From contig CAWCBP010000004.1 of the NCBI GenBank assembly GCA_963793865.1, forward strand, positions 64,703 through 128,702: DNA of 64,000 nt, given 5' to 3'. Of the stretch, positions 48,648 to 58,671 are shown in pieces. Both the position numbers and the translations under genes were made by a program. How positions within the stretch are numbered: position 1 is the first letter of the stretch; each line of letters opens with the position of its first letter. The notes beneath the pieces are model-generated. The model was not told where the DNA came from. It did not search any database and worked only from the letters and a program-made list of their open reading frames with translations. The DNA comes from an uncultured delta proteobacterium. Its GTDB lineage: Bacteria > Desulfobacterota > WTBG01.

Positions 48648-49322
48648 ATGAAAAAAACAATCTTCAGCCTGTGCATCCTGTTGTACTGGCTTTTCCTGTT
48701 TCCCTCAAGCCCCGCGGGAATTATGCCGGCTGCCGCCGAAGTGGAAATAATAGACCATATGATGACCCGCAATCCACAGTGGAACACCGGCTGCTCAATA
48801 CCGATTCCCGCTGATACCTTCGACCAGACGGACAAGGAAGCGAATTGCTGGTTCTCCTGGAATGAAGCCACGGTAGCGGACGAGATTGCCTGTCAATGGT
48901 ACAAGCCGGACGGCGCACTGTTCACCGAACAGAAAAACCTCACCTCCTATCCGTCAGGCTGCTGGTATTCCAGGATATTGATAAACGGCCATGCCCCGGC
49001 GAAACTGCCGGGTGAATGGCAGGTGAAGGTTTATTTTGCGGGCACCCTGCAATTCACCGAGCACTTTACCCTGCTTGGAGATCCATCCGCGGATGGGTGC
49101 CCCGCGGAACTGATCTATGGTCAAGACTCCGCGGAAACAAACCTGCTGCGATATCTGCGTGATGCGTTCTTGCGTCAAAGCCCTGAAGGCCGGGAGATGA
49201 TCGCGCTCTACTACCGGTACGGTCCGATTATGGCACGTGCGCTTAGAGAGGACGAAGATCTCAGGCAGGACGTGAAAATGATGGCTGACGCGCTGCTGGC
49301 ATGGTTATCTGATTTAATATAA
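48648..49322 (+). CDS. secreted protein sharing the C-terminal roughly 70-aa domain with the 45899..46792 product
   Basis: Signal MKKTIFSLCILLYWLFLFPSSPAG. The C-terminal C-PAELIYG...LLRYLRDAFLRQSPEGREMIALYY... aligns at about 45 % identity with the other copy. GAGGA lies before the ATG at 48648. Confidence 0.55.
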   Translation: MKKTIFSLCILLYWLFLFPSSPAGIMPAAAEVEIIDHMMTRNPQWNTGCSIPIPADTFDQTDKEANCWFSWNEATVADEIACQWYKPDGALFTEQKNLTSYPSGCWYSRILINGHAPAKLPGEWQVKVYFAGTLQFTEHFTLLGDPSADGCPAELIYGQDSAETNLLRYLRDAFLRQSPEGREMIALYYRYGPIMARALREDEDLRQDVKMMADALLAWLSDLI

Positions 49323-49676
49323 GCCGAGCACCATCTGCTCAGCATTATCAAGCACGTCCATCAACTTGATGCCGCACAGAAAATCCTTCTTTCCCTGCTT
49401 CACCCAGCTGACCACACCGTCCACGGTAATGATTGCTTTTCCACCCAGCGCATACATTTTAAGAGAAAGTTTTGAACCCTGCTCCATGGTTTCACGCGCA
49501 TAAAACGCCAGGCCGGTGCCGTTCAGGCTGATGTTAATTACCGTGCACTCCCTCCCCGGCAATTGCTCATTTTTCAAAAAATACCTGGCCTTCACGCTGG
49601 TAGGAATCCTGATGGCTTCTACTCTCCCTTCTATTCTTGCATGTTCCATTGTTCCATGCCCTTTTGTTCTATCCAA
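49314..49676 (-). CDS. PilZ domain protein
   Basis: 120 aa with RxxxR...D/NxSxxG-type c-di-GMP-binding motifs (RIEGR...NISLNGTG). Confidence 0.6.
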   Translation of the reverse strand: MDRTKGHGTMEHARIEGRVEAIRIPTSVKARYFLKNEQLPGRECTVINISLNGTGLAFYARETMEQGSKLSLKMYALGGKAIITVDGVVSWVKQGKKDFLCGIKLMDVLDNAEQMVLGLY

Positions 49677-49833
49677 AGGTTAGACGCACCCGCGGAAGCG
49701 AATGCCCCGCTTCAGCTTTCCACTTCCCGCTGAACAGCAATCTACCCGTTGGTTTCTTGCATCGATATCATTTTTATAGCACAGATAAAATAAAAGCAAT
49801 ATGGTAAAATGAAAAATGAGCCACATTTTTACT

Positions 49834-49932
49834 TTAGCAGGTTGTTGAAAAACGCCCATCTGATTTGCGGCTCAAAGGGGGAGGGGCCTTTGAACAGCCC
49901 TGGAAAACTACTTTTTCAACAACCTGTTAGTG
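49834..49932. repeat. MITE-like element, TIR CTAACAGGTTGTTGAAAAA (short copy of the 25.4-kb element)
   Basis: TTAGCAGGTTGTTGAAAAA ... TTTTTCAACAACCTGTTAGTG. Confidence 0.6.
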
Positions 49933-50018
49933 CCATAGATGAAAGAATGCTCGTCTTTCTCACGGATCCGGTATATACTCTCAACTGAGTAACTGAGCGT
50001 TTACCCGGAGGAAGCGGT

Positions 50019-51398
50019 ATGACAGGGCGATATGATCTGGTTGTAGCAGGTGCAGGACCGGCGGGCATCATGGCCGCGAAGGTTGCGGCCGGGAACGGCC
50101 TGTCGGTTGCGCTGCTTGAAAGAAAGCAAGACATGACTGCCGTCAGGCGGTCCTGCGCAACCATGTTCGCCATTGAAGATGATTACCTGTTCGGTGAGAG
50201 GATGTACTTTAACGCCCGGCAGAAAAAGCTGGTGTTCCCCGTGAACGGCTTCAGCGTGAACTATAAAGGTCCGCATAAAAACTTTTACGGGCAGGTGCTC
50301 TATGCCCCCGACGGTGAAACCTGCATCAGGATGGGCAACTATGAAGAAAACCGCGCCAGGGGAGACGAAGGACGTTTATCAGTAGTCTATGATAAGGAGG
50401 AACTGTTAACGGGCATGCTCACCGAAGCCGCAGACAGCGGGGCTGAAATAATATCCGGCATGAATGTGAACGGGGTGCACAAAAACAAGGAAAGCGTCAC
50501 GGTAACCACCGCCAACGGCCCTGCATTTGAGTCAACCTTTGTCATTGCCGCGGACGGTCTCAACTCAGGCATCGCCGAATGGCTGGGCCTCAACAAAAAA
50601 CGGATATGGTACGGGACCGTCAAAACAATATCTTACGCGGTAACCGGCGTTTCGCTGCCGGCTCCGCTTACCTATAAAATGACCAACATTTTCGAGAAAA
50701 AGTATGGCCTGCCCCTCACTTATGGCATCGTTCCCCGGGCCTCGGGAGATGATACCTTCTGGCTTTTTATCGGCGGTCCCGCAGATGACAGGATAGACTA
50801 CGATGGCGCACTGCGGGATTTCATGCAGGATAGTCCCTTCGCCTCCTGGTTTCCCGGGGCGCGCCTGGGCACGAAACAGTGTGCGGTCCTCAACATACTC
50901 TCTCCCATAGAGGACCCCTTCTGCGACAATGTGCTGGTTATCGGAGACGCCGCGTGGAATTTTGAAGCGGAAATTACCGGCGCCATCATGTGCGGCTGGA
51001 AGTCAGCGCACGCCGTAACCGTTGCGCTGCGGGACAACAGGCCCTCCAGGGAAGGCGTGGCACGGTATCTCACCTGGTGGCGGGAGTCATTTTTGCGCAA
51101 TGATTACCGGGGCTACTTGCGGAGCCTGGCCTTGCTCTATGTTTTCAACGCGGCGGACATTGCTTACGTGTACGGGCTGATCGAGAAGCCGCTTCCCTGC
51201 ACCCTGAACCCTCACAGGCTGCAGGAGCTGATGAATGCCGCCATCGGGGAGAAAATGGGGGTCATACAGAAGCAAAGGCCGGACATTATCGCCAAGTTCC
51301 GGCAGATTGCCACCGATCCCCTGGAGGAACTTTTAAAACCGCTGCGCTGTCTCCCCCCGGTAATAACCGCGGGGTATCTCCAGCAGGGCACTGAATGA
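50019..51398 (+). CDS. FAD-dependent oxidoreductase (geranylgeranyl-reductase family)
   Basis: MTGRYDLVVAGAGPAGIMAAKVAA contains the dinucleotide-binding GxGxxG. 459 aa. Confidence 0.75.
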   Translation: MTGRYDLVVAGAGPAGIMAAKVAAGNGLSVALLERKQDMTAVRRSCATMFAIEDDYLFGERMYFNARQKKLVFPVNGFSVNYKGPHKNFYGQVLYAPDGETCIRMGNYEENRARGDEGRLSVVYDKEELLTGMLTEAADSGAEIISGMNVNGVHKNKESVTVTTANGPAFESTFVIAADGLNSGIAEWLGLNKKRIWYGTVKTISYAVTGVSLPAPLTYKMTNIFEKKYGLPLTYGIVPRASGDDTFWLFIGGPADDRIDYDGALRDFMQDSPFASWFPGARLGTKQCAVLNILSPIEDPFCDNVLVIGDAAWNFEAEITGAIMCGWKSAHAVTVALRDNRPSREGVARYLTWWRESFLRNDYRGYLRSLALLYVFNAADIAYVYGLIEKPLPCTLNPHRLQELMNAAIGEKMGVIQKQRPDIIAKFRQIATDPLEELLKPLRCLPPVITAGYLQQGTE

Positions 51399-51532
51399 CC
51401 ATCCTTCCGGAGCGACCCATGCAGGGGAACCTGCGTAACTATAGATTGACAGGAAAGCATGTTTCTCTTACAATTGCTTCGCAAAGATGGTTTTTCAACT
51501 GTGTTTCACAATATCCTCAAGAAAGGAGATGG

Positions 51533-52388
51533 TATGAAAACGTTCACCTGCAGGCTGTTTATAGTGTTATGTGCGCTTGTCACGCTTTTCTGCAACCTTC
51601 CTGATGCCGGCGCAAAGATTGAATGGTCTATTTTAAAGAACATTCCCCTCGAGGACACCCCCCGCGATATAGCCCTTTCGCGGGAAGGCACCACCGCGTA
51701 TATTCTCTGCAGCAAGAGCGTGCAGGTGTACTCGTTAACCGACAACAAGATTACCGCAACCATTCCACTCACCGGGGAGTTTTCCCAGCTGGCCCTTTCA
51801 CCCGACGGCGAAAAGCTTTTCCTCACCCAGGGCACGGGAAAACAGCTCACCATTATTCAAATTGAGCAGGTGTACGACATTCCCAAGGGCACGTCGCAGG
51901 TCATGGGCAAAGCCGCCGCGCCGGTCACGATTTTCGCCTTCCTGGATTACCAGTGACCCTACTGCAGCAGGATTTATCCTGTACTTGAGCAGTTGCTCAA
52001 GCAGCGTCCCAATGATGTAAACATGGTCATTAAACATTTTCCTCTCCCTATGCACAAATTCGCGGAGAAGGCTTCACTGGCGGCCCTGGCTGCTGCCAGG
52101 CAGAATAAATATCAGGAGCTGAGCGCGGCCCTGATGAGCGATTTCCAGAACTTAAGTGACGAATCCATCAAGAAGCACGCGGAAACAGCCGGGCTGGACA
52201 TGACAAAATTTAACGCCGCGTACAATGATCCGACACTTAAAAAACAGATCGAGGAAGACAAGCAGTTGGGCATGAGCATCAGCGTGAGGGGTGTGCCGGC
52301 AATCTTCCTGAATGGAAAAGCAGTCAAAGACCGCTCGGTCCAGGGACTTAACCAGATGATTGACGAGGCGCTGAAGAAGGCCAAATAA
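51533..52388 (+). CDS. DsbA-like thiol:disulfide oxidoreductase; candidate selenoprotein (in-frame TGA 51954-51956 at the first Cys position of the CxxC motif)
   Basis: Signal peptide MKTFTCRLFIVLCALVTLFC after AAGGAG. Two same-frame ORFs (51459..51956 and 51993..52388) are separated only by the TGA within ...FAFLDYQ-[TGA]-PYCSRIYPVLEQ..., giving a U-P-Y-C thioredoxin-fold active site. Inverted repeats CAGGAT..ATCCTG and CTTGAGC..GCTCAAG lie immediately 3' of the TGA. Confidence 0.65.
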
Positions 52389-52415
52389 CTTTCAGCGTTC
52401 TGCGGAAATACAAAA

Positions 52416-52446
52416 CCCCCTCTCTCCACGGGTAGAGGGGGTTTTT
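52416..52446 (+). terminator. rho-independent terminator after the DsbA-like gene
   Basis: CCCCCTCT-ctccacgggt-AGAGGGGG followed by TTTTT. Confidence 0.75.
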
Positions 52447-52461
52447 ATATCAAAGCTTATA

Positions 52462-52694
52462 TGCGGGCAATGTCTTGTCCAAAAACGAGATTGCCACGCG
52501 GAGTTTATCCTGAGCGAAAAACGAGATTCTTCGCGTTGTTCAGAATGACAAGCGAAGGGCTCGCAACGACAAAATTATGTAATGACGCACCAACAGGGTC
52601 GTTGCGAGGAGCGTAAGCGACGAAGCAATCTCATGTAAAAAGTTTACTAAAATTAAAGGATGATTGTCTTGTTTTGGACAAGACTGATGCGGGC
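52462..52694. repeat. MITE-like element with TIRs GCGGGCAATGTCTTGTCCAAAA / TTTTGGACAAGACTGATGCGGGC and internal hairpins
   Basis: The terminal inverted repeats were read directly from the sequence. The internal hairpin CTCGCAACGAC...GTCGTTGCGAG plus CGAAGCAATCTCAT are shared with the element at 22.8 kb. Confidence 0.5.
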
Positions 52695-52766
52695 TAAGTA
52701 ACACCGGGGTCATACGCGCGCAGGTATTGAATGATGTCTTCCAGCTTTGTCTGCGCCGCGCTTATA

Positions 52767-53315
52767 TCATTCTTTACCCGGGAGGAAGTTTTGGCATACC
52801 CGATCCCCATGATAAAGGTATCTTCGGCAGAAATCCTCCTTTAACCCCCTTATTACTTCGTTCACCTCCTTGATATATTCATCTCTCGGTACCACTATCT
52901 CGGCGACCCGCTTATTTTTCAGCTCGGAAATGCGGACCAGCCACGACCGCACGACCTTGCCGCTGACCCCGCCCCCCTGCCCGGAGGCGGCTATTTTAAC
53001 AGACTGCTGCTGAAGCTTCTCCACCATGTACAATAGCTGTGCCTTATCTTCCTTCAGGCTGTCCCGCTCCTTCGCGGTCAAACGCAATTCTTCCTGAAGC
53101 TCCTTAACCCGGGTGCTCAGTTCCTGATTGGATTCTTTCAACTGCTCTGCAGGATTGTCCGCGCCACCCTGCGCTGATCCGGAAGTGCCGGGCGAAGCCG
53201 GATCTCCGCCCTGTTTATGAACACCGTACAGGACTGCAGCAATAAGCACTGCCAGGCAGGCGCAGATAAGCAGCCGGGCAGAGCGTCTGCTCCACCACGA
53301 ATTCGATGACGGCAT
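52767..53315 (-). CDS. secreted coiled-coil protein (hypothetical)
   Basis: N-terminal TM/signal (LLICACLAVLIAAVLYGV). The heptad-rich segment LKESNQELSTRVKELQEELRLTAKERDSLKEDKAQL. The start is ambiguous and the ORF extends to 53381. Confidence 0.4.
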   Translation of the reverse strand: MPSSNSWWSRRSARLLICACLAVLIAAVLYGVHKQGGDPASPGTSGSAQGGADNPAEQLKESNQELSTRVKELQEELRLTAKERDSLKEDKAQLLYMVEKLQQQSVKIAASGQGGGVSGKVVRSWLVRISELKNKRVAEIVVPRDEYIKEVNEVIRGLKEDFCRRYLYHGDRVCQNFLPGKE

Positions 53316-53344
53316 GGTCAATCGGTACCCCGCATCATGATGCT

Positions 53345-53992
53345 TCACTCGTCCCAGAAAAGGAAATCCGGCACCGGGCAATGCTGCTGAATGGGATATA
53401 TCGCGGCGATGCCCTCCCGGTCATAATCAGATATGATAATGTCCTGGTCCGAACGGAGTTCTCCGTAGTCGAAGAACGGATACATGAGATCGGAGGGATC
53501 ATCGCTGTGACGCAGTCCCAGCGCATGTCCGAGTTCGTGGCGGGCAACGCTGCGCATGCCGGCGCCGCTCATCCTCCGCCCCAGGGCCTCCGCATTAAGT
53601 TGAATCAGCGCGCTTCTCAGGACACACCCGGACTGCCCCACAGTCCTGGTCAGCGTTTGGCCCAGCGGGTAGCGATCGCCGGTTCTTATTATGATTGCCG
53701 CGTCCGCCTTCCTTACATCATCAGCCCAGGTGAGGACGGGGGCATCGTCAATGTCAGCCAGCACATCATTCCAGTCGTTTACCGCGGCCTCGATATCCAG
53801 CACCATCTGCCGGGGCTGCCGTTCCGAATCTTTTATGGCAACCGTTACCTGCGGTTTATTCCAGCCTGCACCGAGGAGATCCAGGGTTGAGGCACGGCCC
53901 ACCCCTCCGCCTGCCACCGCAAGATATAAGGACATGCACAAAATCGCACCTGCTCTGCAAAGACTTCTCATATGCGCCAACTTTCTCCTCAA
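53345..53992 (-). CDS. matrixin-type zinc metalloprotease (M10 family)
   Basis: HELGHALGLRHSDDPSDLMYP (HExxHxxGxxH plus Met-turn) and a signal peptide. Confidence 0.75.
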   Translation of the reverse strand: MRRKLAHMRSLCRAGAILCMSLYLAVAGGGVGRASTLDLLGAGWNKPQVTVAIKDSERQPRQMVLDIEAAVNDWNDVLADIDDAPVLTWADDVRKADAAIIIRTGDRYPLGQTLTRTVGQSGCVLRSALIQLNAEALGRRMSGAGMRSVARHELGHALGLRHSDDPSDLMYPFFDYGELRSDQDIIISDYDREGIAAIYPIQQHCPVPDFLFWDE

Positions 53993-54285
53993 TCAATTCG
54001 AAAACGGGAAGAAGCATGCGGTTTTGGATTGCCGCATCCTCATGCATCACACATCCGGCCGAATGCTCCACACTGCTTCGTGAGCCATCAGCCTTCATCC
54101 TGTGCTTAACTATAGAACATATTATCCCTAAAAAGCAATAGGCAAAGCCCCCCAAGCAGCGGGACGGCATGATCATCCCCGGGCAAGACCGGCGAGAGCT
54201 TCTTCTTTACCCTCTCACGCTTGTATGCTATAAATGCAGCATAGGTATCCCCGTTTGCGGAAGCCGTAAAGAGCATCCTGTGATG

Positions 54286-54597
54286 ACAGAGAAAAGAAGC
54301 CATCCCCGTTTTGTCACTTCGGTGAGAGTTCAGGATGTGGCTACTTTATGCACCGGACTGACAAAAAACATCTCGCCGGGAGGCTGTCTGGTGGAGAACA
54401 CGGAAGGGTTTCATTACCTGCCGGTTAACACGCCCCTGATGCTTAAATTCGACATCCCGGGAGTTGTGGAGAACATAATCATTCAGGGTGAAATAAAGCA
54501 CTGGGGGAAAGAGGGGGAGGCGTTCGGGGTGCAGTTTAAGGAGATTGATAAAAAATCAGCCTACTACATCGGCCGTTTCATGGGCATTTTTCTGTAA
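54286..54597 (+). CDS. PilZ domain protein
   Basis: RSHPRFVTSVRV...KNISPGGCLV gives RxxxR and DxSxxG motifs. The longest ORF starts at 54169; the start is set at the ATG at 54286. Confidence 0.55.
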   Translation, partial: TEKRSHPRFVTSVRVQDVATLCTGLTKNISPGGCLVENTEGFHYLPVNTPLMLKFDIPGVVENIIIQGEIKHWGKEGEAFGVQFKEIDKKSAYYIGRFMGIFL

Positions 54598-54670
54598 TCA
54601 GGAGCAGAGGTGATCCGGGTATTGTCTAAATGCGGGGGCGACCGGCAGGTTGCCCCTCCTTATTTTCGAG

Positions 54671-55057
54671 TCAAAAGGCTTCAAAGAGGACACCTAAAAA
54701 CAGCGCAAGGAACAAGTGATTTACCATGGCCCGGCACGGGGCAGGATCCAGAGTTTCCACACACTGCCGGCCATAATAAATGAACATAAAAGTATTATAT
54801 AACGCAATCCACCCCACCACATCCACGTCCATCACCCGGATACGATCAAAATCCTCTTCCCCGATATATGCTTCATCACTGCGGGAATCATCAGGCAACG
54901 CCATCGGTTCATAAAGCTCTTCAAAAGCAGGGTTGCTTATTGCTCCGCAACAGCAATTCCCACCCTTTTCCAGGGCACCTGCCTGCGAAAACAGAGAGCC
55001 GGACAGGAAGCAACAGACAGTCATTAAAGAAAGAGTGCGGATTCTTTCGGCAGGCAT
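54671..55057 (-). CDS. small exported hypothetical protein with CCC motif and C-terminal hydrophobic helix
   Basis: 128 aa with a signal-like N-terminus and GNCCCGA. No recognisable domain. Confidence 0.3.
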   Translation of the reverse strand: MPAERIRTLSLMTVCCFLSGSLFSQAGALEKGGNCCCGAISNPAFEELYEPMALPDDSRSDEAYIGEEDFDRIRVMDVDVVGWIALYNTFMFIYYGRQCVETLDPAPCRAMVNHLFLALFLGVLFEAF

Positions 55058-55142
55058 AGAACCTCCAAAGATAAGGAAACTGGTTAGCTAAAAGTCTTTC
55101 CCTCGGTGTACCGGCTCAGGCACATGCGCAGAGATACAATGA

Positions 55143-56204
55143 TTACTCTCCCGACAGCGTCTTGTCGACCCTCTCCATGATATCGGGGATGGGCAGCTTG
55201 AACGGGCATTTCTCAATACACAGTCCGCAGGCGACGCAGTCAGCCGCGGTCTTCGCGCCGCGCTCCTTCATCACCTTGTAGATGGCCCGCTTCTGCTCCA
55301 GGCTGATGGTGGAGGTCTTGAGCAAATCAAACTGGCTGAATATGTGTATCCCCTGGGAGCAGGGCAGGCAATATCCGCAGCGGTGGCAGTACTCCTGGCC
55401 GACGGGACGGGCGATTTCCTCCAGCTCTTTCAGCTCCGCGGCGGAAAGCGGTACATAGCTGTGCCCGGGCTGGATATTCTGCTTTAATTCCTCCATGGTC
55501 TTCATTCCCGGAATTATGATGTCCACATCATAGTTCATGATCCAGCGGATACACAGGTCCGCGCGCTGGGTGAGCTGGCCTCCTCCCAGGGGCTTCATGG
55601 CAATGGTGCCTATATCGTGCTCTTTGCAGTAGGGTATGACCTCCTTCAGGTATTCCTGCTCAATAACGGTAAAGGGAAATTCGGCCACATCAAAGCGGTC
55701 CGTCTTGAGGGCCTTCATGAGCACTTTGGGATTGTGGGAGGCAACCAGCACATAATCGAGCTTGCCCTGCTCACGCGCTTCTTCAACGGCGGCAAGCCCT
55801 CCCTCGCGGGAAGTAAGCAGGTCCAGCTTCTCATCTATGTCCACGTGCGCCAGGTGAAAGAGGTCAATCTTCTCCCGGCCGGTCCCCTTGAAGATGAGAT
55901 CCAGCGCCTTGTCAATGGCGCGGGCCACGTCATCCTTTTTGGCGAACATGGTTTTTATGCCCACATACAGGTCGTTTCTTCTCTTCTTGAGCACCGGGCC
56001 GAGCTTGTTCCGGGTATCCTCGTACACCACCGCGGGCACAAACTGGTTTCCCGCCTCATCGCAGTCGATATAATTGATCCCCTCGTCAAGCGCCGCCTCA
56101 ATCAGGGCGGTGGCCTCTTTAATCTCTTTGAAAAAAAGTGCCAGCCCGCCGTAGGATATGACCGACAGCTCCAGATTTGTCCTGCCCAGACGCTTGTATC
56201 GCAT
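55143..56204 (-). CDS. aldo/keto reductase with C-terminal 4Fe-4S ferredoxin-type cluster motifs
   Basis: N-terminal AKR fold (MRYKRLGRTNLELSVISYGG). C-terminal CHRCGYCLPC ... CVACGLCIEKCP. Confidence 0.7.
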   Translation of the reverse strand: MRYKRLGRTNLELSVISYGGLALFFKEIKEATALIEAALDEGINYIDCDEAGNQFVPAVVYEDTRNKLGPVLKKRRNDLYVGIKTMFAKKDDVARAIDKALDLIFKGTGREKIDLFHLAHVDIDEKLDLLTSREGGLAAVEEAREQGKLDYVLVASHNPKVLMKALKTDRFDVAEFPFTVIEQEYLKEVIPYCKEHDIGTIAMKPLGGGQLTQRADLCIRWIMNYDVDIIIPGMKTMEELKQNIQPGHSYVPLSAAELKELEEIARPVGQEYCHRCGYCLPCSQGIHIFSQFDLLKTSTISLEQKRAIYKVMKERGAKTAADCVACGLCIEKCPFKLPIPDIMERVDKTLSGE

Positions 56205-56475
56205 TGACCATTACCTCCTTACTTTTATGTGCCGCGCACGCAAACGTTTTCAAGCTTTTTATATAAAATTGCGGCCGGCACTGTCAAGCCATTTGCGGCA
56301 AACATGATTCTTGCTTCCAATGGACTTTACCCCGCACGCCGTTGTGTGGTATAGGAAAGGCACAGCGCTCAGAAAACGCCGCCGGTAAGGCACAACAGGA
56401 TACGGGAAGATGTCGGAAAATTTCGGGGCTGTCGGGTACATGCCAAGAGGTTAAATCCACAAAAAGGAGAGCCGT

Positions 56476-57024
56476 ATGTCAAAAATCAAACAACCCACAA
56501 TACCTTCATTTGTTCTGTCATCGTTTAAGCAATTCGGGGTGAAGATAAAACACTTTAACTCGCCGGCTGCCTTTGAAAAAGTGCTTATGCAGTTTATCAC
56601 CAGGAACAATGTGCTTCACCTCAGCACCTGCAGAAACAACATCACCAGAACCACCCCCATAGAATACCGTCCGGATGGATTTACCTTTTACATGCTTTCC
56701 GAGGGGGGAAGCAAGTTCAACAACCTGAAGGTCAATAAAACGGTCTCATTTTCCATTGCGGAGCCGTATTATCCTGACAAGGATTATTGGGGGGGCAAGG
56801 GATTGCAGGCGTGGGGAAAGGCAAAGGTCTATGGCCGGAAGGATAATCCCCGCCGCTTTGAAACCGCCCTGAAGAAGATGCGCGTCTATGAGTCACTCAA
56901 GAAAATGGGGCAAACGCAGCTTCCCGCGAACTTCAACATCCGGGTTATAGAAATTACCCCGGACCGGATGAAGTACAGGAATGTGCGCGAAGGGGTGTAT
57001 AACGTCACCTGGGAAAGGAAGTGA
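56476..57024 (+). CDS. pyridoxamine 5'-phosphate oxidase-like FMN-binding split-barrel protein
   Basis: 182 aa. ...FITRNNVLHLSTCRNNITRTTPIEYRPDGFTFYMLSEGGSKFNNL.. matches the PNPOx-like family pattern. Confidence 0.5.
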   Translation: MSKIKQPTIPSFVLSSFKQFGVKIKHFNSPAAFEKVLMQFITRNNVLHLSTCRNNITRTTPIEYRPDGFTFYMLSEGGSKFNNLKVNKTVSFSIAEPYYPDKDYWGGKGLQAWGKAKVYGRKDNPRRFETALKKMRVYESLKKMGQTQLPANFNIRVIEITPDRMKYRNVREGVYNVTWERK

Positions 57025-57069
57025 AACCGGCATGGCCTGCAGCAAGGGTGACGAAGGGAATGTGCGCGG

Positions 57070-57279
57070 TTATATGCTGGCCATCCCAACCACCCACACT
57101 AATATCGCAATCGCTCCGGATAATATGCATGCCACTTGCAGTGCTTTCTTTCTGCTCAGCTGTTCGTACGGCAGGACAATCTTTTTCTGAGCCGCTAATG
57201 AATGCAGCAGGTAACTCGCTGCAACGAACGTCCCGTAGGCCAGGAGCCACAGGATAATAACAAATAAAGCAATATGCAT
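57070..57279 (-). CDS. small two-TM membrane protein (hypothetical)
   Basis: 69 aa and strongly hydrophobic; low confidence that it is real. Confidence 0.25.
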   Translation of the reverse strand: MHIALFVIILWLLAYGTFVAASYLLHSLAAQKKIVLPYEQLSRKKALQVACILSGAIAILVWVVGMASI

Positions 57280-57589
57280 CGTTTCCTCCGTTTCTTTTTA
57301 AGGCGCATTAACCTCTCAAACAATCCGCTTGCCCCTCATCAACACCCGCACCACTTTACCCCTGCACATATGGGTCAGGGGTTGTCACGCTTGCCGATTT
57401 CCCCATGCAGATAGCATTGCATTGTAATTCAACCATGAAATGCTTATTTTTTCAACAAAAAAACCCTCGACCATGCGGCCGGGGGGGCTGTTTGAGAAAG
57501 GGGAGGCGTAGAATCCAGTCCCTCTTATTATGGATGATGTCTTTCCGTGCTCTCGTAATGGAAAGAGGGGACGTAGGTGAATAGACAAC

Positions 57590-58630
57590 TTACAGATAAT
57601 TTTTTATCTCAGGGAGTTCCTTCGAGTTTGCACTTCTATTCACTGCGGACGTCGTCATCCCCAGATACCGCGCTACTTCTGCTCCATAATAGTTGAGCTT
57701 CTTCACCGCCAGCTGACACAATATCCTGCGTGCTCGTACCGCTGCCGCGCTCCTGCTCCCTCCTCTCAAAACTTTCTCTTCCACACCTTCGCGATTCGCT
57801 ATTTCCTGGGCCAATGAATCGAGATCCCTTCCTTTTAAAGACAAGCGCAATGTCTCCTTCTCTTTTCCCTCGGCCTCACGTAACAGTCCGCTCACAAAAT
57901 CACTGCTCCCCAGTATACGGTCATCATGGACGATCTGCATCCCTTTCCGCCTCAGCGATACTACCTGCGACCAGCCCCCCAGGCTGCGTATCAATCCCCC
58001 TCCTACTAATTCAGGCCGTCTTCCCTGACCTACCCCTTCTCTTACAAATTCTTCATATTTCATAACCGCAGTTTTCCTCCTACTGCCAAAATAGCCAAGT
58101 ACCGTTTCCACATCCTGCCATTCCCGTTTTACATTTCCCAGCAGTGCTGCATGTCCTGTCCATACATACCGGCTCAGCTCGCCCATCCCTTTTACCACGC
58201 CGGCTCGCAATGGATTAAGATGGATGTATCGGGTGAGCTCTAAAAGATAAGGATCGTCTTCACAGATGATTGACTTGTATCTGTTTTGAAAAAGATGGCC
58301 ATAGCGTTTGTGCCGGCGATTAAAATTGACCACATAGCCGGTCAATAGCTTCTTCATACTATACGACAGCGATTGCCGGCATGTCCGTATCAACAGGTGG
58401 AAGTGGTTTTCCATCAATGCAAAGGCATATACTTTCCATGCTTTTTCCTGGCACAACAGGGCTACCCGGTTGAGAAAGTCTTTCCGATCGTCCTTGTGTC
58501 TGAATATGGCTGTTTTTTCTATCCCCCGGCCCATCACATGATGGAGCGTTCCGGGGGCATCAAGTCGTGCTTGTCGCGGCATACGGCCTCTCTGTTCCCT
58601 TTCAAATACCCTGTCAAGATAATTATGCAC
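57590..58630 (-). mobile_element. Y1 (HUH) transposase-like protein, IS200-like N-domain with DnaA-type C-terminal HTH
   Basis: The sequence ...ENHFHLLIRT (HuH motif) with an upstream LDAPGTLHHVMGRG. The C-terminus is RRILCQLAVKKLNYYGAEVARYLGMTTSAVNRS. 346 aa. Confidence 0.65.
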
Positions 58631-58671
58631 CTATTCACCTACGTCCCCCCATTTTTCCTATTTGACAATGG

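Noticed and set aside
52767-52870. Possible additional frameshift at the 3' end of the coiled-coil gene
   Set aside because: The tail (...FCRRYLYHGDRVCQNFLPGKE*) looks atypical, but I could not identify a better continuing frame by eye. It is left as annotated with low confidence.
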